64,000 nt of DNA, from positions 10,586,988 through 10,650,987 of the forward strand of contig CAVNZM010000003.1 of NCBI GenBank assembly GCA_963693365.1. The letters are read 5' to 3'. The translations under genes were made by a program, and so were the position numbers. Under the pieces are notes generated by a model. The model saw only the letters and a list, made by a program, of their open reading frames with translations, ran no database searches and was not told where the DNA came from. This DNA is from Amoebidium appalachense (Eukaryota; Protista; Ichthyosporea). Shown piece after piece: positions 29,361 through 41,665 of this stretch; the first letter of the stretch is position 1; every line of letters starts with the position of its first letter.

Positions 29361-30887
29361 CTATAAGTTGTCGAAACATCGGATGAGTTCTGTGGCTCTC
29401 TTCCGCATCCACCTTTCCACATGGGCATCAAACTTGCTGTGGGGTACTCCTTGTACATAGTAGGCCACCACTTGAAACAACATCCCCTTGTTCTTGTTGC
29501 GGTGAGCCCGATGTTTGATTGCATCTGGTGTTTGGCTCAGTGGACTCTTCCGTACCCTTGGGCTTGCCCACACACCCATTGAACGCAAAAGCTCCAGAGT
29601 CACGAGGTCAGGCCGCCCGTTTAGCAAATAGTCACATAACTGAGCAGTGGCTTGCTTGGCTATGGCTCTCTTCATCGCGTCCTTGCTGGAGCCACAGACA
29701 TTTTCGTTGGAGTTTGGTTGACCAACGGCAAAGGGTACGCTGAAGTGGCTCTTAAAGTCTGTACCCATGTCATTGACAACGTTAACTGGGCACCGTGGGC
29801 TCGAGCTCGGGGGCGTAGGGTTTACGGTTGCATAGGCGCTGTTGATGTTGTCCTCAAAAATGCCGTCCAGAAAACTTGGGTTGGAGTTGAAGCTGGCCGC
29901 AGCCTGCAGCTGGGAGGGGTGGTTGAAGAACTCGAAGCCGCCAAATGTGAAGCTGGTGTCAACGTCGGCTGGGGGCGTACACGTAAGGCTTAGGGCTGTG
30001 CCGTTTTGCATGTTGAACTCAGTGTGGTCCGGCAGCGGAAAACCATCCAGGATACTTGGGTAGAGCTCGAGGTTGGTGCAGCCACGAAAGACGGGGACGC
30101 ACACAACCTCCAACGGCCGGGTGAAACGGGTGGCAGGTGAAAACGACAGGTGAATTCGCTGCGGTGAAGAATCCGCAGTCCCACCCCCAGGTCCCATGTG
30201 GATTGGAGCTGAGTCAGGTGGTTGCTGGGCGCCGGTGAGGTGTTGAAGCAACTGTGAAGCGGTGACGCTCCCGTTTGTGTCCGTAAAAAGGCCAAGTGTG
30301 CGGTTGACCCCACTAGTGGTGACCACGTCGAGAGAAGACTCTTGCGGCTGGATGTCGGGTGAGAGCCACACAGAAATCTGCCCAACGTTAACAGGCTCGC
30401 CTCCTACTACTTGAGGGTTGGGTGGCACATAAGCTGGAACGTAGATTTGTGTCAATGGGTCGACGTCAGTAGGGACACCGAGGTCCCATTCCCCACTTGC
30501 ACAGGTGGCGAAGCCATTCTTAAGCTTCTTGCCAATGGTGCCACCCTGGGCAGCAAGTGCCAGCGTATCCCTAGGCGCGCTCCCGGTGACGGCGGCTAGA
30601 TGCTGCCCCAGGAAGAGAAAATCATGTGTACTCATGAAAAGCGGATCTGAAGTTGTGACTGTGGTTGTACCTGTGGAGACTGAGGCATCATCAAACGAGA
30701 GAATGCTCGAGCTCCCGCCGCGGGTTGAAGGAGGGCTGCTGTCTGAACCGAAATGTGCACAGTGGGTGGGTAGAATGCATGCAGCCCCGGCGCAGTTACA
30801 GCCGCCACTTCCGAGTATACCAGCACGCTCCATTATGGAACACAGCGACTCATAAGCAACGGAATCATCCTCTGCTAGCATCTGCAT
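29361..30887 (-). CDS. Hypothetical intronless protein, about 508 aa
   Basis: Long stop-free frame in microsatellite-free, GC-richer sequence; first ATG at 30887 (MQMLAEDD...); basic, helical-looking C-terminus. No family recognised. Confidence 0.6.
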   Translation of the reverse strand: MQMLAEDDSVAYESLCSIMERAGILGSGGCNCAGAACILPTHCAHFGSDSSPPSTRGGSSSILSFDDASVSTGTTTVTTSDPLFMSTHDFLFLGQHLAAVTGSAPRDTLALAAQGGTIGKKLKNGFATCASGEWDLGVPTDVDPLTQIYVPAYVPPNPQVVGGEPVNVGQISVWLSPDIQPQESSLDVVTTSGVNRTLGLFTDTNGSVTASQLLQHLTGAQQPPDSAPIHMGPGGGTADSSPQRIHLSFSPATRFTRPLEVVCVPVFRGCTNLELYPSILDGFPLPDHTEFNMQNGTALSLTCTPPADVDTSFTFGGFEFFNHPSQLQAAASFNSNPSFLDGIFEDNINSAYATVNPTPPSSSPRCPVNVVNDMGTDFKSHFSVPFAVGQPNSNENVCGSSKDAMKRAIAKQATAQLCDYLLNGRPDLVTLELLRSMGVWASPRVRKSPLSQTPDAIKHRAHRNKNKGMLFQVVAYYVQGVPHSKFDAHVERWMRKRATELIRCFDNL

Positions 30888-31231
30888 GATGGTGACGATA
30901 GAGGGCCACAACGGAAATGTAGGTGTTAGTGGGCACAGTAGGGGCAGTCGAGTTGACGGGGGCTATAAAATGGTGCATTTCGCCGCCGAGGTAGAGGGTA
31001 TCTACCGCTGTGTATGCTTCATGTTTGAGAATGGGGGTAGCCTTAACACCCGGCGTCATGTGGAGATGTGGCTCTATGGTTGAAAGTCGCGAACTGACCG
31101 CACAACAGGCAGCACCGGTGTTTACATGAGATTTTCCCGCCAATTCACTCTGCCAATCACGAATAGGCTCTCCGGAGCTTCAAATTTTCAAATTACGGTC
31201 GATAATGATATATATATATATATATATACCA

Positions 31232-31427
31232 GGGGTTTACGCTGTTTACTCGAGGCAAAGAGAACCAGTCTCAGGTATGGGGGGGGGGGGTTTTGCTCGG
31301 AATATCCCCTCAGCGGTATATCATGATCACGTACATAGATGTCGGGTGGTGACTATATATCAGGGTTTACTTTCTCTACGAGACACCATAAAGACTACAA
31401 GGAGAAATCAATTAGTTGGGGTTCCCC

Positions 31428-31488
<61 letters not shown>

Positions 31489-31520
31489 GGGCTCCCCTCG
31501 GGACACTCGGTATCAGCTGG

Positions 31521-31573
<53 letters not shown>

Positions 31574-34253
31574 TGTGTGTGTGTGCGCGTGCGCTATAAT
31601 TTTGTAGTGATGTGTTTCTCAAGCCAATCAATACATCTAATAAACAGGTCGTAGTTACGCGTGTTTAGTATAAAATCAAGGATGTTGTAATTTACAGGTA
31701 GGCTATCTTTCTGGGTGTCTGTTGTGAATGTGACGTGTGTGTGTTGCGGTATTATGTGGTCTATCAAACTACATTTGGCGATACATGACCGGTTAAACTG
31801 GTGTGTGTGTGTGTTGTTTGGGCATGCAAATGATGCCACCTTATACTTATTAGATCTCCACTGTATAGCACGTGTACAGTAAAAGCGTGGTAATTGATCA
31901 ATAATACCATCAGCTAGAGAAAGACCAGTTCTACAGGAAGGTAATATGTATTTAGGTGTTATACACTTGCGAGTGCCATATTTGGCAATATGGTTGAGGC
32001 GGTCAGTATATATAAAACGAGACATAAGGCTTAGTTTTTCAAGGTGTATGCTTTCATCGGGTCTAGTGTCGTTTGGTATCTTTTTCCATTTGTTATATTG
32101 CGTGATTATCTTGTGATTGTGTACATGTTTAATAAGTAAGTGGCAGTCCAAAGTCACACACACACTATTGCGGGGTTTATTTGTATTTGTGCCCAGGGGA
32201 GAAGGGGAGAGAGAGGGGAGGAAAGAGGGGAGAGGTGAGGAGGGGACAGGTCGGATAGAGAAGAGAGGGTGGGAGGGCAAATACTTCTTTAAGCGGCTTA
32301 TGTGCTTATTGAATTTCAGCGCGAGATAGGATACTCTAGCAGCTATTGGGACCAGACCATATATCGAGAGCGTTACAGGCCCAGGTTTACAACAGTTGTT
32401 AGATAGAAAGGAGGCAACTTCTGCTTCAAGGAAATTTGCCAAGGGTTTAAGCGCTCTAGTTCTCTCTTTCTTGATCCAAGCGGCGAGAAGGGGTAAACCA
32501 TATTCACATGCCGGGAAGACAAAAGTGCGAATAAATGTAAGTCTAATAGAAGGATGGAGGGGTGTGTCTTTAAAAATATTAGCCGAGAAGAAAGCTAACC
32601 GCTTACGAGCCAACTCTACCCTCTTTTCGACCATATGGGGAAACATAACACCAACAGAATCAACCGGAACACCAAGATATTTGTATTCTGGAACTATAGG
32701 TACAGGTTTAGATGATAATGTAAATGTGTGTAAATTGTTAGCTATATCAGGTACAAGAACACCACATTTGTCTATGTTAAGGATCATAAGGTTTGCCTTG
32801 CACCACTCTGACACTACATCGAACAATCTTTGCAGGCGTCTAGGGGTACGGGCAAGGAGGGACAGATCATCAGCATAGAGAAGTGCAGGCGGAAAGTTAT
32901 TAATAGGGTCATCGTTTTCGGCGTAAATCTTGACAGCCAAATCATCTATAAATAGGTTAAACAAAAAGGGGCTAAGCAATGAGCCCTGCAAGAGACCTCT
33001 AGTACGAGCAAAACCATATGAAAGATGCCCATTAACCACAGCTCTACCATAGGTTTGAGACAAGAGTGCTTCTAACAGAACACCAATGCAGTGTGGTACA
33101 CCCCGTGCAGCAAGCTTTTCCCATAGGAGACCAGGGGAGACAGAATCGTAAGCAGTTTTCCAATCAATAAAGCCAACATATTGTGCACCAACTTGCATAG
33201 AATCGTGCAGTGCCATTATTTGAACATAACATGAATTGTTTTTACGAAAAGCGGATTGGCATGGGTGTATGTGAAGAATAGATTGAAACCTAGGGTGATG
33301 TGCAAATAACCTAAGTAAGCAAGCTTCAAAGAATCTACGAACAACCTGGGTTAGTGTAATGGGGCGAAAGGATGATATGGGGCCCTCAGAGTCCTTCTTA
33401 ACTATGGGGATCACTAAGGTATCTAACCAAGATGACGGGACATGTCCACATTTAACACACCAAGAAAAGAGAGAGCTTAACATGATAGTAAGATCAGGTT
33501 TAATAGCACGATCACTTTCCTTTTGTGGGTAGGAGGGAACAAGGATTTTAAGAAACCCAGCAGGGAGTCCATCAGGTCCACAAGACTTACTAGAGCTATA
33601 ACTAGATATCACAGACCATATGGCATCGGGACTGAAAAAGGGGAGGATCGATTCTATGGGGATAGATGGGTCTACAGGCCACACAATAGGTTTCTGAGCG
33701 GGGGTCCTATCTTTAAACAGTTCCGAGAAATACTTATCAGAGTCTATGAGGGGGTCTCCAGTGGTATCACCAATAATACGAGCAGGGGGGCCAAATCGAT
33801 TCATACTAGCAAGCCGGCGCAAGCTTTCCTTTTGAGACAGGGGTTCACCTAGTCTAGCGGGAGTGGTGTTTGGTAACAAGAGAGCATCGGGATATTCCTT
33901 CCTACCACCGCCAGCATAATCACCGAGATCTATCAAATCATCAACAATAAAGTTAGTGCATGTATCTAGTACGAGATGTGAATCTGGCCTGGCTTGTGCA
34001 GATTCTAATAGGCGCATATATATAGGGTGTTTCGTAGCATAGCATACACATACATCAACTCTACCCCACTGTGACTTAAGCTGGGATAGACGGAGGCGAA
34101 AGGTGGGAGGGGGAGGGGGGAGCAGATCAAGGGAGATCTTAGGTAGGAAAAGGATAGGAGAGTGGTCAGATGACCTAGAGAGGTTAGGAGGGAGAGAGAG
34201 TTTTGACATGGTTGATGGCCAAAAGATATATACCATAGGATATGTAATGTATA

Positions 34254-34285
<32 letters not shown>

Positions 34286-34544
34286 CCAGCTGATACCGAG
34301 TGTTCCAGGGGAGCCCGGAAAAAGAAAAAGAAAAAAAGAAAAAAAAGAAAAAAACGGGGAACCCCAACTAAATGATTTTTCTTAGTCTTTATGGTGTCTC
34401 GTAGAAGAAGTAAACCCTGATATATAATCATCACCCGACCGCTATGTACGTGATCATGATATACCGCTGAGGGGATAATCCGAGCAAAACCCCCCCATAC
34501 CTGAGACTGGTCTCTCTTTGCCTCGAGTAAACAGCGTAAACCCC
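31232..34544 (-). mobile_element. Non-LTR retrotransposon-like element bracketed by ~300-bp imperfect inverted repeats
   Basis: RT ORF in the middle; the 3' UTR segment 31232-~31560 is the reverse complement of 34256-34544. ATAATGATA(T/C)ATATATATA flanks both sides (31202, 34549). Confidence 0.88.
31594..34209 (-). CDS. LINE-type reverse transcriptase with C-terminal remnant of an APE endonuclease and a Cys-rich C-terminus
   Basis: KSCGPDG, FRPITL, QSAFR, FIDWKTAYDSV, GLLQGSLLSPFLFNLFIDDL, LYADD, YKYLGV; N-terminal SDHSPI (APE catalytic His motif); C-terminal CPNNTHTHQFNRSCIAKC. Frame intact; true start uncertain. Confidence 0.93.
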   Translation of the reverse strand: MSKLSLPPNLSRSSDHSPILFLPKISLDLLPPPPPTFRLRLSQLKSQWGRVDVCVCYATKHPIYMRLLESAQARPDSHLVLDTCTNFIVDDLIDLGDYAGGGRKEYPDALLLPNTTPARLGEPLSQKESLRRLASMNRFGPPARIIGDTTGDPLIDSDKYFSELFKDRTPAQKPIVWPVDPSIPIESILPFFSPDAIWSVISSYSSSKSCGPDGLPAGFLKILVPSYPQKESDRAIKPDLTIMLSSLFSWCVKCGHVPSSWLDTLVIPIVKKDSEGPISSFRPITLTQVVRRFFEACLLRLFAHHPRFQSILHIHPCQSAFRKNNSCYVQIMALHDSMQVGAQYVGFIDWKTAYDSVSPGLLWEKLAARGVPHCIGVLLEALLSQTYGRAVVNGHLSYGFARTRGLLQGSLLSPFLFNLFIDDLAVKIYAENDDPINNFPPALLYADDLSLLARTPRRLQRLFDVVSEWCKANLMILNIDKCGVLVPDIANNLHTFTLSSKPVPIVPEYKYLGVPVDSVGVMFPHMVEKRVELARKRLAFFSANIFKDTPLHPSIRLTFIRTFVFPACEYGLPLLAAWIKKERTRALKPLANFLEAEVASFLSNNCCKPGPVTLSIYGLVPIAARVSYLALKFNKHISRLKKYLPSHPLFSIRPVPSSPLPSFLPSLSPSPLGTNTNKPRNSVCVTLDCHLLIKHVHNHKIITQYNKWKKIPNDTRPDESIHLEKLSLMSRFIYTDRLNHIAKYGTRKCITPKYILPSCRTGLSLADGIIDQLPRFYCTRAIQWRSNKYKVASFACPNNTHTHQFNRSCIAKCSLIDHIIPQHTHVTFTTDTQKDSLPVNYNILDFILNTRNYDLFIRCIDWLEKHITTKL

Positions 34545-35106
34545 ATATATAATGATACATATATATAGTATATATATATGGGGTTTACACACTTTTTTGC
34601 GTGGACACTGCCGGAGGCCCAGCCACATTCACGCTAACCTTCCTTTCCAAAAAAGAACTAAAGGCTTGAAATACAAGTAAATGCAAAGACAGCAAAAACG
34701 CTATAATTACAGAGAAGCCCTTACCTTTAACTAATTAATATTCAAAAATGATTAAAAAGAAAAGAGCTCAAGGATGTACAGCACTATACATACGGTACTG
34801 TACGTAGAGCTAGATCGCGAGCGCCGGGCCGGACCGGGCGGTCGCGGGGGTATCGACATGTTGGGAACTGGGGTTGTAAACCATTAAATCCTAAGTGTGT
34901 GTGTCCAAGGGTGACCATCCGTCTGCCTTGGTAGAACTACTTACAACAGCAGAGCGCTACAAGTGACTGTTAGACCGACCACATCCGACCGACTGGGGGC
35001 CGACCACACGTACAGTTTCCTCTTGTATGCATGCGCGGTCTGACTTCCCGGTACAGCCCTGCAGAATAAGACTCACTGTGCGGGCCGGCAATTGGAAGAA
35101 CCTACT

Positions 35107-35202
35107 GACCAATGAAAAGCTTAACCAATCGTTTTTGACCAATCAAAACCAATCGTTTTTGACCAGTCAAAGCCAATCGTTTTTGACCAGTCTAAACCAA
35201 TC
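35107..35202 (+). repeat. 24-bp tandem repeat forming a CCAAT-box array
   Basis: About 4 units of AACCAATCGTTTTTGACCA(A/G)TCAA. Confidence 0.8.
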
Positions 35203-35379
35203 AAAAGAAAGAAAGGACAGGCTGAAAGGCGGCGAAGTGCTAGAACTGTATTTGGTCATATTTGGTAACTATTGTTGGCTCATGATTGGGCGATTTCAAA
35301 ACTCCATGAATTAGTCGTGCAGATTTGGTTAGCATATCATGAGCAACATTCACCGCATATTTGTGTTTGTTGTTGTTTG

Positions 35380-35498
35380 TCATTTTTCGTCCAAGTGCAG
35401 GCGACGCAAATGAGTGGACAGTCTGTGGACTTCGTTCAGAAGTGCAGTTGTAGGACTCGGAAATGGCCCCTCAGGCAGCCAATCATAGTCGACATTAC
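35380..35498 (-). other. Possible terminal exon of an unresolved minus-strand gene
   Basis: Strong acceptor TTGTTTTCCTTAG followed by (G)NVDYDWLPEGPFPSPTTALLNEVHRLSTHLRRLHLDEK-stop; a candidate upstream exon with a GTGAGT donor ends at 36102. No homology recognised. Confidence 0.3.
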
Positions 35499-36393
35499 CT
35501 AAGGAAAACAAAGCAGATAGATGGCCATTGAAATTTAGGAGGAAAGTATTAGAAAGCATCGAGAGGAATAGTCCAGAAACGATAGGGGAGAGTGTCGAAT
35601 TTGAGGGGAAAGGAACAGGGGTTGTGTGTGTGGTGTGTACACGTGTTTTGGATCCCTGGCCCCGTGTTTTCCGTGCCCTCACTTTTCTCGAGGTGAAATA
35701 AGTAAGCACGTGGCACACATACATGTACACACTAGTAGTGCTAGCTAGCAAGCACACAGTAGGCCAGTTTGATTTTAAAACGGGGAGCTCGAGGGAGACC
35801 CGGGGGTACTACGTATTAAGTTTGGGGGGGAGGGGGGGGACGGGGGGGGGGGGGGGGGGGGAGGGGGGGGGAGGGGGGGAGGGGGGAGGGGGAAGAGAGG
35901 GCCGCGGGGGGAGAGGGGGGGGGGGGGGACCCACCTCCTCCCCGAAGCGCTAGGTACCCACCACCCCACCCCCACCCCCTTCCCCTTCCCCCTCCTCCTC
36001 TCCCCCAGAAGGAGGGGGAGAGGGGGGGGGGGGGGCACCACCCCTCCGCTGACTAAAAAAAAAAAAGGGGGGGGGGGGGGGGGAGGGAGGGAGGGACTCA
36101 CCACCACCCAGGAGGGGTAGGCTCGGTCCAAAAATGATGATGGTAAGTATGTATTTGGGTTGTACTTGAAAACATAATAGCATTGGCACCTTCTTTGCAT
36201 CCACTAATTGGTATCAACTATCATCTTAAGCTTGGCAATGGTGCATGCACTCAGGGCTATTAGACTACATCATAGCGTTCCCGGCCCTTTACCACCACTA
36301 CACCATGCACGTTGGAATCAACATGCCAACACCGGCAATGTACATGTCACACATTGGCACACGCACACACCGCAGCCCGGGGCACGCACCGTG

Positions 36394-36531
<138 letters not shown>

Positions 36532-37551
36532 TCGTACGCACACACATACACACACACAATGCACACATACACACAAGCACACCCGCATGCACACACATGT
36601 GCACAGCTAGCACACACCAGCGTGCGCGTGCCCACGCGCACACATTCTGTATAAAACAGATAGACAGGACAAAAACAGAACTGCAGTTCGTGCAGCCCAC
36701 AGGCACGCACACATGAGCATGCAGGCGCACACACACCATACCACACGCATACTCACTATTATGCTATTTTCGTGGTGGCATATGCGCGCGCGCACACACG
36801 TGGTACGCTTTTCCCATTTCTTTTTCTCTCTGACTCGCCGTACCCCCCCCCCCCCCCCCCCCCCTCCCCCCCTCCCCCCCCCCCCCCCCCCTCCCCCCCC
36901 CCCCCCCCCTGCCCCGCCGCCCTCTCCCTTGCCCTCGGTATCGGTTGAAACGAAGGGGAAAGGAGTATTGGTGACGTGGAGACTTTCGGAGGCTTGGAGG
37001 TGCGCAGCGGGGAGGGAGCCGTCGGACTCCATGCGGCTGGGGGGAGGAGGAAGGGGGGAGGGAGGCCAGGGGGGAAGGGGGGGAGGGAGGGGAGGGGGGG
37101 GGGGGGGGGGCATCACCCTACCAAAGAGGCAGGTCCCTAGCTAGGCCTCCCCCCGTGGGGGAGGGGGGGGGGGGGGGGGGCACCACCCCGGCAGTCAGCT
37201 TGGGGAGGGGGGAGGACAGGGGGAGGGGGGGGGGGGGGAGGGGGGGGTCACCGTGAGAGGGACCGCAAGAGGGGACCTCAATACTTACTACTGGCCACCG
37301 CCCTCACTTCAAATTCAAACAAGCCTTATTTACTCAGTATCAAGCACACGCACACGTACGTGTGCACAGAGTACTATGCGCACGTACACACATACACACA
37401 AATACACACGAATTCACCCAGGAGGTGCACACTATAAGATTACTACTAATCATCGCGCAGCTTAGTGCTCGATACAGTGAAAGGTATCACTAGTGTGCAC
37501 TAGGAATGTGTTGAAGATTTTGAGCCCGGCACTGCCCTTCCCACCCCCCCT

Positions 37552-37587
<36 letters not shown>

Positions 37588-38964
37588 AGTCCGGCATTGC
37601 AATTATTGCAACACATGATATATCACGGTGGAAGGTCAGTGAGTGAATACTCGTATTGGCGGACTGATGGGCCCCAGGGGGCAGGAGGGTTGCCGGGGGG
37701 GGGGGGGGAGGGGGCAGGGGGGAGGGCTGGAGGGGGGGGGGGGGGGGGGGGCTAGGGAGGAGGGAGGAGGACGGGAGGGAGTCGAATCAGTCAGGTATCC
37801 GGAGCTCATAATCAGTAGCCAGAGTAGCTTCGTATTACTGGTGTTACGGTGCTGGTGTAATGGTTGAGTTTTCCTTAACTAAATGACACTCAGTGACTGA
37901 TTTGATAAAAACGGGCATTGAGTAGTCATTTGCAGATCCTGATGGAAGGAATTACCGTGTAGTGGAAAAAGGTTTCGTCCAGAAACTTGGTCGACTCGAT
38001 TTGGCAAATGGCAGTATAATAGTTTCAAGTGACTTCGTTAACCTTTCTGATGGCACATGTAACCAGCGGTGTGCGACTTTTTGTTACATTAAAGTCATCC
38101 TGACGGTGCCTAATGGTTTAGCCGAAGGAATATTACCAATCAAATGTGCTTTCCCTCCCTCTGTGCCAGTGGCCCCCCCTCTCTCCCTCCTTCCGCCTCT
38201 GAGGACTGCCCCCCCTCCCCCTCCCCTTCCCCCCTCCCCCTTCCCCACTCTTCTCAAACGTGAATCACACAGCGAAGGCCCACAGACTGCAGTATGGCCC
38301 TGAATAAAGATGGGACCGAGTTGGGAATAGGTGGGTGGGCAGTTTGGGGACAGGGAGGGGGGGGGGGGGGGAAGGGGAAGAGAAGGGGGGTGGAGTGGGG
38401 GGAGGGGGGAGGGTGGGGGAGGACTTGGACGTGATGAAAAGTCAAAGGAGGCCGACTGAGGAGCCGGAGGGGTGTATATGCCATAACAACTTGTGCATGG
38501 TCAGTGCAGTTGTTAAGTGTACATGTCTCTTTAATGGATTTCAAGTTCCTGACTTCTTTTGTTACTGACAAACAAACAAACAAACAAACAACAACAACAA
38601 CAACAACACAAAAAAAAAAACTTTATTACTGCAAATCACCGTTTACCCTAAGGCAGTGACCACATGTCAGCCGACAGCACCGTGTGAAGAATACTTCATA
38701 CACTGTTGAAGTTAGCGATAAGACATGAAACATACAATCCAAACATACACTCATGCAGTGACAAAAAGCTGAGGCTTACAAGAAAGACGATCATTGGAAA
38801 TACAATCTATCTAATGTTCTATTTTTGAATTTCTTTGAAGTAAAAGCCTTCAATTGGGTGAATGCCGGTACATGTAAAAATATATAGAAATCTCAAAATA
38901 AATCGTAACCATGTTTACAGGTGGAAACCAATTAGGATACTCAGTAAGTGTCCGGTTGTCATCA

Positions 38965-38997
<33 letters not shown>

Positions 38998-39440
38998 CTT
39001 CTTCCCCCTCCCCTCCTCCCCCCCCCCCCCCCTCCCCCCCTCTTTTTCCGTCAAGTCGAGTCACCCCACGGGATCTGTATGCATATGCACTATATCTGTC
39101 ATATATCATGACGTGTACATCATGATAATAGTAGATCGTACACACATGCACGCGCGCACGCAGGTGCGTGCACACACACACACACACACACACATTACAC
39201 ACACACACCATGCACAAGCACACATACACACAAATTTGCGCACAAGAATGCATCGCACACACTTACACAAATACACATACGGGCACGGCGTACACACACA
39301 CAGGCACGCACGCACACACCGAACAGGAACACACACAGGCACACGTTTGGATACATACACACACACACACACGTACACACGTACACACGTACACGTATAT
39401 ACACACACACACACTCACAGGCACACACACACACACAGAG

Positions 39441-39500
<60 letters not shown>

Positions 39501-40504
39501 ATCCCTTCGGACCACCTCCCCAACTCCCAAGGTCGCGAGCCAACCCCCCCCCCCCCCCAAAAAAAAAAATATATAAAATAAAAAAAATAAAAATGAAAAT
39601 GAAAGAAAAATAATGACACCCCCCCTCCTCCCCCCCCCCCCCCCCCCCCCCCCGTTCCTTCCTCCTTCACCCCACTTTACCTCCCTTCCCTCCCCCCCCC
39701 CACCCCACCCCACACACACACACACACCCCCTCCCTTCCATTCACACATCTCAATGCAGTTGTGGTGTGCATGATAACATGTTCGGCCCGGTTTTGTTTG
39801 TGAAATACTCACTGATTATAGACCCTTTAAGCCCCACCTCATGCAAGTTAATCACCCACCTCCCGGGCGCATCACCCCAGCGCTCATAAAAGAAGCCACT
39901 GATTGGTCCAGATATTTTTTAAAGTAGCCCCCCCTCCCCCCCCCCCACTCCTCCCCCGGTCCTCCGTCTTTCGCCAGGTCGAATTCGCATGCCGCAAACC
40001 CAACACCCCAGCAAGTTTCGAATTTGCCTGACTTGTGGTATTGTCTTATAGCAATCACAACTGGTGTGTGTCCCGGAACACAGGCGTGCACGTGTGTCCG
40101 TGTCAAATGTTCCACGTGTGTCTCCGTGCCTATGTGTGGGTTAGGGTGAGAGGTTGCATGGGTGAATGGGTGAATGGGTGGGTGGGTCACATGTGTAGTA
40201 CGTGAGCTAGAGGCGGCGGCGGGGGGGGGGGGGAGGGGGGGGGGGGAGGAGGGTTAAATGATTTTAAAAAAGAAAATTCAATTAGAACATCCTTCCGAAA
40301 CTTTGACTCCAACAACACCAACTTGCATTCCAGGAGCTCAGCTTGATGGGCAAAATTATGTGACGGTGTTCATGTTGGTGGTTCGAAAATATTGTGTGTA
40401 AACGTATATGCTTGTTTGTGTGTGTGTGTGTGTGTGTTGTGTGTGTGTGCGTGTCTTTGCGGTTTGTGTCTGTGCACTTGCGCGTGGGTGCGGGCGCGCC
40501 GGTG

Positions 40505-40618
<114 letters not shown>

Positions 40619-41326
40619 TGTGTGTGTGGACGTGAACGCGTGTACACTTGTGCGTCTGTGTGTTCGCCCATATTATATGTTTACGGCGCAGGTGTGTGTG
40701 TGTGTGTGACACTGTGTGTGCTGTTTTGCCACGAGACTTTAGTGTCGAACCTCTTGGAAATCCATCTAATTCCCCGGGTAGTTTTAATTAATTGGCACAT
40801 TACGTCACATGATGCGACCATGCAGGCCCTGGGGGGAGACACAATCCAGCAGTAACTGCTGACTCACTGCACTCACTGCCATGTTCCATTATCTTTGTGA
40901 TTGGGACAGAAAGCATGTAGTGACCAACTTCCTGGATATAAAAACAATTTATTGTGCACGCACAGCATGCACTATAGTCATTCGCTTTGGTGCTGTAAAT
41001 AAATGTAAATCAAAAATTTTCACACACCGAGAGAGACTCTCCCATTAAAAACTTGAAGTTCACATAGCTGGCTTTGTCCTCCCAGGGCTTGTGTTAAAAT
41101 ACGTGCAAATCACGTGTTATATGTGTTACTACTTCATCTTCTTGACTTAGCCAATTAATGCTTTTGTCACGAAGAAGCTCCTCTCGCGTTTCTTACACCA
41201 AATACAAATTCAACACAACCCTCCTTAATTAGTCCGTCGTATTTCCATTTATCTGGTCGACGGGTGAATTTTTCCACGCAGAGGATGTTTCCACTTCTCG
41301 GCAACTCTCTTTTTGTATGGAGAGGC

Positions 41327-41584
41327 TCAGTTCCAGTGGCAGTGTAAATCGTCAAGACAGTCGTGCGCATATGCCTCCTGGGCGTTGGAATACTGCTGGA
41401 CACTGCGCATCTCCATAATCTCGTGCGAGCTGAAAACCTCGTTCCTTCGTGCGATTACGGGCGAGGCAGTGGCAGAGCGGCTGCTGTTGTTGGCGACATT
41501 GCGGCGTGCGGCTTGAGGGGAGCACGGGGGAGAGTCAATGTCGTACTTGAGGCCAGAAGGGTTGCGGATAACGAGGTCGGCCAT
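41327..41584 (-). CDS. Small hypothetical protein, 85 aa
   Basis: CCAACATG start (MADLVIRNPSGLKYDIDSPPCSP...), GC-rich codons, TATA box about 85 bp upstream. Confidence 0.55.
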   Translation of the reverse strand: MADLVIRNPSGLKYDIDSPPCSPQAARRNVANNSSRSATASPVIARRNEVFSSHEIMEMRSVQQYSNAQEAYAHDCLDDLHCHWN

Positions 41585-41665
41585 GTTGGATTTCGAGTTA
41601 CCGGGAGTCAAGAGTAGAACGAAGAGAGGTTTCGTGTGTGACTGAGCATCGTTCGGCTTCGCTGG

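Noticed and set aside
31232-34544. DIRS, Penelope or DNA transposon classification
   Set aside because: No tyrosine recombinase, GIY-YIG or transposase is visible; RT motifs, the APE remnant and 5'-truncated copies with a TSD indicate non-LTR retrotransposition.
34210-34560. N-terminal extension of the RT ORF to 988 aa
   Set aside because: It reads through the inverted UTR and low-complexity runs, and its ATG lies outside the element in the TA flank; probably open by chance.
34782-35740. CACTA...TAGTG element
   Set aside because: Only 5 bp of terminal match and no 3-bp target duplication.
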